This document shows, in pieces, positions 56,301 to 64,000 of a DNA stretch of 64,000 bases (positions are counted from its first letter, which is position 1; each line of letters starts with the position of its first letter). The stretch comes from Chrysomallon squamiferum (lineage: Eukaryota > Animalia > Mollusca), in assembly GCA_012295275.1 (NCBI GenBank), contig CM022670.1:40548001-40612000 (forward strand), in the 5' to 3' direction. Under the pieces are notes generated by a model. It ran no database searches and was not told the DNA's origin. It was given only the letters and a program-made list of their open reading frames with translations. Both the position numbers and the translations under genes were made by a program.

Positions 56301-59300
56301 TTTCAGGGCTTACAGAATTGGTCAGAGGAACAATGTACAGGTATTTCGACTCATCTCTGTTGGGACAATAGAAGAAAATGTCTACCTGAGACAAGTTTAT
56401 AAACAGGTGACTTCATCCTAGTGCTTTTGTTTATGTAGTTACTGTGTATATATATCTGTGTGATATTGCTCAGTGGTTGTATGTATGTGTCTATGTGCTG
56501 TGTTTTGATGATTGATTGTTCTGTCAAAATGTGTGAATTTACATCAATAATTAATTGTGCTGTATTTTGATTTCTATGTTTTTAACAAGAAGATGGGGTT
56601 TTTTGTTGTTGGTATTTTTTTATTTTTTATTTTTTTGTTTCTTTCTTGTTGAGTTTTACATGAATTTGATTGTAATGAAATATTAAACAGTATTGATTAC
56701 AAACTTTGAAAAGAGAATATTTTTGAAATTTTTTCTTTTGTTTCAGCAACTGGACAGTGTAGCCGTAGCAACAGAAGATGCAAAGAGATTGTTTCATGGA
56801 GTTCAGGGTGATAAGATGGAACTTGGAGAACTGTTTGGAATAAAGAACATGTTTAAACTTCGTACTGGAGAATCTTGTCTCACTATGGATGTCCTACAGG
56901 TAATGAATGTCTTCACTACCAGACTGGACATCACTTCATAAAAGCAATATTTGAAATAGATGATAACACAAGGATAAATATTCAAGTTTTAACATTATAT
57001 ATATATATATATATATACATATTTATATATTACTTTTAACTGCACATGTACAAATGCTTAAAATTTTACAGTCACTTTAAATTCAGATCATTAAAACATA
57101 TTCAAATTACTAATTCATTTTGCATTAACGCTTTGCTTCATGCAGAAAGTAAAAAAAAAAAGGAAAGAAGTTGACATATTGTTTGAAATTATAACCTTAG
57201 TCTAATATATATTATGCAGAAAAATTTACCATTTTCAGAAGTTTGGAATATTTCACTTGTGTTAATTCTAGAGAAATGCCAATATTGAAGCAGAACTTGG
57301 TGGCTATGATGTGGCTAAGTATATTCCAGTGTCTGAAAAGATTGATAATGATAGCAGTGAGGTAGAAAGTGATGTAGAATCCAGTGAAGAAGAATCTGTT
57401 ACCAAGGAGATTTCACATTCCCCAACATTCTTTGATTCTGATGGTATGATCCTTACTAAATTTTATTCAATTTTTAAAAAGGTAAATTATTAAATTAACT
57501 GTTAGTTAATTTATAAATTTCTGTAAAACAAAAGAAAGAAAAAAAGAAATAATTTCTGTTACTAAGCTTTTTCTGTTTTTGACAAATGCATTTCAGCTGA
57601 AATTTCATTACACAAGTATTTCTTTTCATTTAAACAATAAAAAAAATTAAAAGATGGTTAAAGGCCTTTGTTCTTTTTAATTTTGTTTTATATGCTCTTA
57701 TTATTATATTTATAATTGGGATTGTCGCTAAAACCTATCTATTTGTTAAGTATGTAACTCCTTTTGAAAATAAAATATAATTACTGTTACTTAATAAAGA
57801 TAATGTTTCATTTAAAAAGAAAAACATTAACAAGTATATTTTAATAATTTACTTACCCCTGAAGTACTTTAGAAAACATTGATTTGATTTTTTTTAATAT
57901 ATATATATTCAGATTCAGGTGTTGATGAACTTGATGGAAATGGACTGTCAAAGTCATCTGGACACGAGAAACCTTCACTGTTTTCTAAAATTAACTCACA
58001 CAAAGCAAACTCAGCTGTAGGAATAAGTTGCAAGAACAGAAAGCAAAAATATTTATCAAAAGTGAAAAATCCAATTTCCCAGAAAAATGTAACCATCACG
58101 AAGAAGAAACTTGAGTATGAGACTGAAGACAGCGATTCAGTACCTGTGTTAGATCACTCACCACCTCAGTCATTCACTTCTGTTCATTCAGTGTTCGGTA
58201 CTTTATATTATCATCATCATCATTATAATGTTTATTGTTGTCATTGTGATGATCTTCGAATATTAATGTTTGAATATTATTTTTTTTTAATTTATTTTTG
58301 TCTCCTCCTTTTTGTTTAACATGATTTTTTCTATCATTTTTGTTTATCATTTGAACACAATAAAGATTTAATGTAACATTTTCAAATTATTAGATGCTTT
58401 AAAAATATTAAATTTAATTCTGAGATTCATTTGGTGTTGATGTGCCAGCATATTTTGCCTAAATACTTTTCCATTACATACATAATAACACTGAATCATT
58501 TTATTTTTATACATTAACGATTCAGTGTTTTTATATATGTAAACAGACACTTATTTAGGCAGTGAAGATTTTTAAAGGTTGCTGTTTATCATGCAGGATT
58601 TGAAAAAGATATCCTATGTTTTTGTAGTATTAGTAAAAATTAGATCAAAAGTTTGTTTCACCTGCATTGTTGCCTGCATGTGTACATGCTTCTCTATTTA
58701 GTTGTATATTTACAATGTATTTCATAGAATTTTTTTTTTTTTTTTTAATTTTAAGAGATGTGTGGAGTTCTTCATGTTCATGACAATGATCAGATGGTTG
58801 GTTCAAGTCGTGCAGAGGAACACATGAGTCGTAAAGCCTTGCAGGAAGTTTACGAATTACACCAGAACTCTCAAGTTCCTGCAATGCAAGTGGACCCATA
58901 TTCAGAGGTGTGTGGGTTTTATGTGTCCTGAAAATCTTGTTTAGAAATGTTTCTATGACGGCAAAAAAAATCGGCTAAATATATTTCATATACTTGAAAG
59001 CGATTTAATTCTTTATAATGTGCCATATACCAATCAGACTTTGGTAATTCTACATTAAAATATGTGGTGTAAAATTGTCTTATTTTGTATAAGTTTCTTG
59101 AGCATCTGTGACTGTTATACATCTCTGTAGGGTTTTCAAAGCACTTATATATGGATAAATTGGGCTGACTGTATACAGATTGTTTTGGCTATTTAAAATT
59201 ATTACAGACCAGTGATGAAGATACTCGAAGGACTAAAATGTCTTCTAAGCGACAAAGCCGAAGGAAAAAGAAAGAACAAGACCACAATACAGCACAGGCA

Positions 59301-61648
59301 GTAGAACATGAGTCTACAAGAATACTTATAGGCCAGACACCTACTGCAATTAGAAGGTGAATATTGGAACAAAAAGTTGATTTTAACATGTCTTAACTGA
59401 ATTTTAAAGTAGGTTTTATATGCATGTCTATGTTATTATTTAACAATGCCTAAAAGAAACAGATTATCTTAAACAATTATAACTATATTGTTTCCATGAT
59501 AAATGGGTTCCAAAGTTTTAATATTCAAAAGTCTTATTTTTATAGGTTTTGTTTTATATTACGTTCTGTGTTGAAATAACTGTATAGATATATAGCTTTG
59601 AACTTTCTCTTTAAAATATTCTCTAACACACAAAGCTTCAACAAAATTTTATATATTTATTTGATTGATTGATTTTGAGTATCTTTAATTTAAACAGTCA
59701 AAATTACTGGGCAGGAAATAGACAGTTTAAACAGAAACAGGTGTAATACAGTTCAGACATTCTGTTAAATCATTTTACATTATTTCTAGACAACACTTCA
59801 AGAAACTTGTAGAGATAATGAAGTATGACTCCCCACTGGCCTTAGCTGAGTCAGTTTTGTCATCTGACACAAAGAAGAAACTTGAAATGTTGAATGCACT
59901 ATACACTGAGCAGCATCCAGATTTAACACAAGTCATCAATAGAGTCACAACTATAAAACATGAAACAGAATCATACACAGGAAAATGCAGAAAAACGGGT
60001 AATAAATACATTGTTGTCAGTTCAGTAATTGTAACACATAATACTCTCCATTTAACACATAATACTCTCCATTTAGCACCAAAGTCCCAAATCATTTTAA
60101 GAATATTCAAAACTATAAACAAATCTTAGCTTGCATAAATTCTGTTGGCAAAAAAATATATTAGCTCAGCAAGCTGGTAGAGAATTCAGAATTCATTTCA
60201 CATCACTTATACAACAGTATCCATGGAAAATACATTTCATGACTGGATAGCAAAGTTAATGATTAAGAACTGTCAAGTTTAGAATATAAAAAGTGTAAGT
60301 CAATAAGAAATGTTATTTGTGTTTAATAAAACATACTTAAATGTGTCGGTAATAAAATCTGTGTTGTCCAGTTACAGTAAGTTATACTTATTTCCAGATT
60401 TTTTTAAATTCAATTGTTTAATACAGAGTTTGTTTCTTTGTCTTATATGTTTGAGCATAGGTTAACATAAATCAAAACTGCATAAATGCCAGTTGTATTA
60501 ACTGATTCATTTAAAATTTCTTCTGTTTTCATTAAAAAGTTTTTAAAAAATAAAACACTAACAGGTGACCTTCTAATTATCTTCTAACATTTAATTATAT
60601 ATCCACAGGGCATCCGAACTCTCTGATCTCACAGAGTAAGAACGATAAAGCATCAAAGAAGAAAGCTGATTCCCAACTGACATTTGTGGATGTGTCGGAC
60701 AACAAAATTCTAAAAGCTGATCTTTCAAAAGACTTAATTAATGATCAGGATACCAAATCAGACATGGAAATTGGAATAGGAACTTCCTCTCACATTTTCA
60801 AAGCACTTCATGGAAAGAAAGAAACTAAAAGAAAACCATTCACCCAACTGAGATCAGCTCGAATTTTGAAAGAAAAGAAAGAAAGAGTAGTTAACACAAA
60901 AGATGAGAAAATTCAGAACTCCTCTCAAGAAGGAAAAATGAAAAATCAGAACACAAGTGTAACAAGAAACAAAGTTCAAAATTTAATTGAAATAGAAAAG
61001 AAAGTCAGAAAAATAGGAGTAGCAGAAAAGAAAGACAAAAAATATAATTTAAAGGAAAAGATTGAATGTAATGATAGTGTAACTTGTAATGATCCCTCCA
61101 AAAACATTTCTGTTTCCGACAGTAATCCTTTTCATATAACTGACGCAGGAAGAGAGCTGAAGGCAACAGAAGATATGAATACAAGTGATCTTTTGGCTGA
61201 CATTGGAAACTGCCAGCAGATGAACACATTTTCTAAATCAGAAACAAACAGTAATGTTACTAGTGATAAGACAGCTTTCTCCATCATAGACAACATATTC
61301 TTAAATTCTTCAAACATAAAAAAACCACCACCTTCTCCTTCTCCTAAGAAGAAAATTAATGAAGAGAAATTATCTGCAAATGACGAGAGTGGTTTTCTGT
61401 CTGATCTGTTAAATAACAGTACTCTTGCAGATGATAGTATTGATTGTTTTGGACTTAAAAGAAAGAGACACAAAACTTCAATGACGGATGTCAAGACAAC
61501 AAAAGAAACTGATCTGCATGATGATGATGATGATGATGATGATTTTGACAATTTATTTCAGTCTAAGAGTAAAAACTTGTTTGACAAATCACAAAGTAGA
61601 CCAAAGGATCAGTCTCAGAAAATTCAAAGTGAAAGTTTGTTTTCATGA
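44180..61648 (+). CDS. ERCC6L2: ERCC6-like 2 (RAD26L/HEBO) SNF2-family ATPase, ~1555 aa; exons 44180-44240, 45036-45257, 46124-46199, 46529-46735, 47365-47588, 48079-48182, 48658-48786, 49517-49600, 49955-50079, 50525-50624, 51153-51212, 51613-51728, 51964-52079, 52766-52849, 53550-53698, 54187-54423, 55028-55099, 55332-55477, 55928-56023, 56307-56406, 56747-56899, 57272-57443, 57913-58197, 58756-58907, 59208-59356, 59790-59998, 60609-61648
   Basis: N-terminal Tudor ([22 protein letters not shown]), [12 protein letters not shown], Walker [80 protein letters not shown] and a VIGSSK-like segment ([18 protein letters not shown]). All exon phases join (4668 nt). The exons outside the conserved domains are less certain. 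Confidence 0.9.
44281..44440 (+). repeat. Tandem duplicate of the ERCC6L2 start-exon region (44100-44280)
   Basis: ATAATTAAGT(G/A)TTACTGTTATGAGT(G/A)ATC..GAAGAC...TTCCTTTATCAGATAC...TAATAAACAAACAAAC repeated with a period of ~184 bp. Confidence 0.85.
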
Positions 61649-61889
61649 CATGAAGTTTAATGCAAATTCAAATATTTGATGAACAATTTTTTGAAATAAA
61701 AACAATATGTCTAATAAATATTTTATTTTAAACCTAATAGAAGTTTTCTTTTTTTAATTTTATAAGTTGAGTCAGCCATAATATCTTAAAATCGAAATTT
61801 ATTCACATCTACAAGTATTTAGGGCATTAACCATAAAATACCCACACCATTTCAATTCTGTTTTATTAATACATGATATTAAAATATAC

Positions 61890-62055
61890 ATATTTGCGAC
61901 ATAGAAATATGGGCACTATCTGAACAGGCAAAGAACAAATTAGCAAATGCACAAAGATGGAGAGAAGTATATTAAACAGCACATATCTAAACTAAAGAAC
62001 AAAGATATTTATCGCTGGGTGCAACGGAATGGGCTTTAAACGCAGCGAGGTAGGT
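61890..62055 (+). mobile_element. Short decayed RTE-clade LINE fragment
   Basis: Translates with a frameshift to IEIWALSEQAKNKLANAQ-MERSILNSTY, resembling the ETW.L....KL...Q..MER.ML segment that follows the RT domain in RTE elements. Confidence 0.6.
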
Positions 62056-62619
62056 GATTATTTTCTCAAACTGAAATCAATAACTCTTGAACAAATATCA
62101 CCTACTTCAAGTTCAGTCTGTTAATGTCTTACAGCATTTTTCAAAAATCTAATCGGTTTATTTTATTCAAAGAACGGCACACTAGAATTCGCTGGGGGTC
62201 AGTGATCTGCAAGTCCCAAGGTTACATTATTCATTTTAATTCTTAAGATTTATTGATTTCAGGCCACAATTGGAGAAAATTATCACCTACCACACTCATT
62301 TCGAAAATTAGAATTGTAATTTAAAATATATATATATATATATTTTTTTTTTTATTTCCAACAATGAAAGTATATTAAGCTTTTGAAAGTCAAGGGTGGA
62401 TTCAGAACGGAAGGCATCACTGGAATTAATGGCCTGCAATGTAACAGTAGCTGATTACAATTAATTAGAAGTGAGAAATCATTTTTATTTATTTATTTAT
62501 AATTTGTTTTTATTAGTTATTAGTTATTATTTATTTATTTTTATGATTATTATTATCTTTCATTTTGGAAACAAAATATTTAGCTATCTCTTTACATTTT
62601 GAAAAACGAGATATTTCAA

Positions 62620-62667
<48 letters not shown>
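62620..62667. repeat. (AAT)n microsatellite
   Basis: Direct reading. Many similar AAT/ATT, CA and TA tracts occur across the window, e.g. ~23289-23339, 26931-27012, 48976-49019, 53261-53302. Confidence 0.9.
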
Positions 62668-62668
<1 letters not shown>

Positions 62669-62793
62669 TATATATATGAAATATGGAAATGTCGGATATT
62701 AACTCTTGTTATTTTTTTCTAATGAACCCATCAGACATTTGTCCCAACGTAAAATTTGTCAGCCCAAAAGTTAATCGGTATGAACTATCACAC

Positions 62794-62829
<36 letters not shown>

Positions 62830-63173
62830 TGCCACCCGATCAAATAATAAATAAAATAAAATAAAATGAATAAATAAATAAATAAAATAGTAAAAATAAA
62901 ATAACTGCAATATAAAATAAATAATAAGTAAATACCGTTGATGCTAATACATATATACATAAGAATCAATCGTTAATATCTGTAAAACCATAAGATAAAA
63001 AGGCGGGTGTGAAGGGGAAAAGAAAGATAGTATGTTCCGCAAAATTTACGGGTTTTCATTTCACGACACTGGACCTTTTGTAGTATTTTGCCCCTCCTGC
63101 TCACCACCCGACAAAAAAACACCCAAAAAAGCCATTAATAAAAAAATAAAAAAATAAATAAATATACACAAAG

Positions 63174-63204
<31 letters not shown>

Positions 63205-64000
63205 TACAACAACAATACAGTTACAATACAAAAACAAAACAACAACATCGGCCTTCAGAATATAACTAAACTGTGTTTGTGTAAGCTGTATGTTTATTTG
63301 CTGCCCATGATACATTATTTTAAATGTTTATTTCATATAACTTTAAGAAATGGATACGATAAATACAATTTAAAAAACAAAAAAATTAAAAAAATTGGAT
63401 CAGTGCCTAAAACAACAAATAAATACCATCAAAAAACATGCAAAAAATAAAATATTTAAATACATTTTTAAACTTGCCTTTCCATCAAAGACTATCCTTT
63501 AAGTAGGAAAAAAAAAAAAAGGTTTACTAATGTATTCCCTCTTCTTAACTATGTTTGATGCTCTGCAACATAAGTGGGATTCTGAAGTAAAACAACAACA
63601 ACAAAACAAACTGAGTTTGAGAACTTTTTGTGTCCTATTATGTAAAAAGTTAGTCATCTTAAATTTCTTCATTTGATGACATTCGTAAATGTAGTGATAA
63701 ATATCCAAGAGAAATAAAAGCTGTAGAAAGATATTCACAGTAAATTGATGGCTTTTAAATGGTGCTACTACTAATAATGCAGTTTATGTCAACTGTCATG
63801 GACATAGCGAGTAGTGTCGATGTCAGACTTAATACTTTTTGTTTTTTTACTTTAAACGTCAAGTAATATATTTCTTATATAATACATTATCTTCTTACTC
63901 TTGATATGCAAGTCTGTAACTCTCACACACGCATACATAGGTGCATGCATGCATATACGCACCTGTATCAGACATAAATAGTTATTTATATTGACAGATG

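Noticed and set aside
62160-62460. GC-richer patches after the RTE relic as an ncRNA or exon of a further gene
   Set aside because: No recognisable motif, ORF or splice-site pair could be supported.

Overview
AT-rich, microsatellite-rich animal genomic DNA with spliceosomal introns; a mollusc or other lophotrochozoan is my inference. Four protein-coding genes could be spliced together by hand: the vesicular GABA transporter VGAT/SLC32A1 (+, 12289-16921, 2 coding exons, 500 aa), AP-1 mu subunit AP1M1 (+, 29980-35073, 10 exons, 422 aa), TOPORS (-, 36951-41393, one coding exon, 1480 aa) and ERCC6L2 (+, 44180-61648, 27 exons, about 1555 aa). TOPORS and ERCC6L2 are head-to-head. Six identical tRNA-Asn(GTT) genes lie at 5777-10508, probably inside the first VGAT intron. 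All six carry a U4.U69 acceptor-stem mismatch, while their spacers are diverged deletion mosaics. The 21-29 kb interval holds a decayed Tx1/L1-like LINE, a duplicated ~440-bp element with a perfectly conserved, foldable core, a 35/70-bp pyrimidine satellite and an orphan CRE-rich promoter with splice signals but no ORF. Other notable points: PLDLS-type CtBP motifs in the TOPORS tail, a tandem duplicate of the ERCC6L2 start exon, an abrupt GC3 step inside a VGAT exon, and a CpG-rich/CpG-poor split between the two halves of the window. Everything was read by eye; no searches were run, so none of these can be claimed as a confirmed new system.
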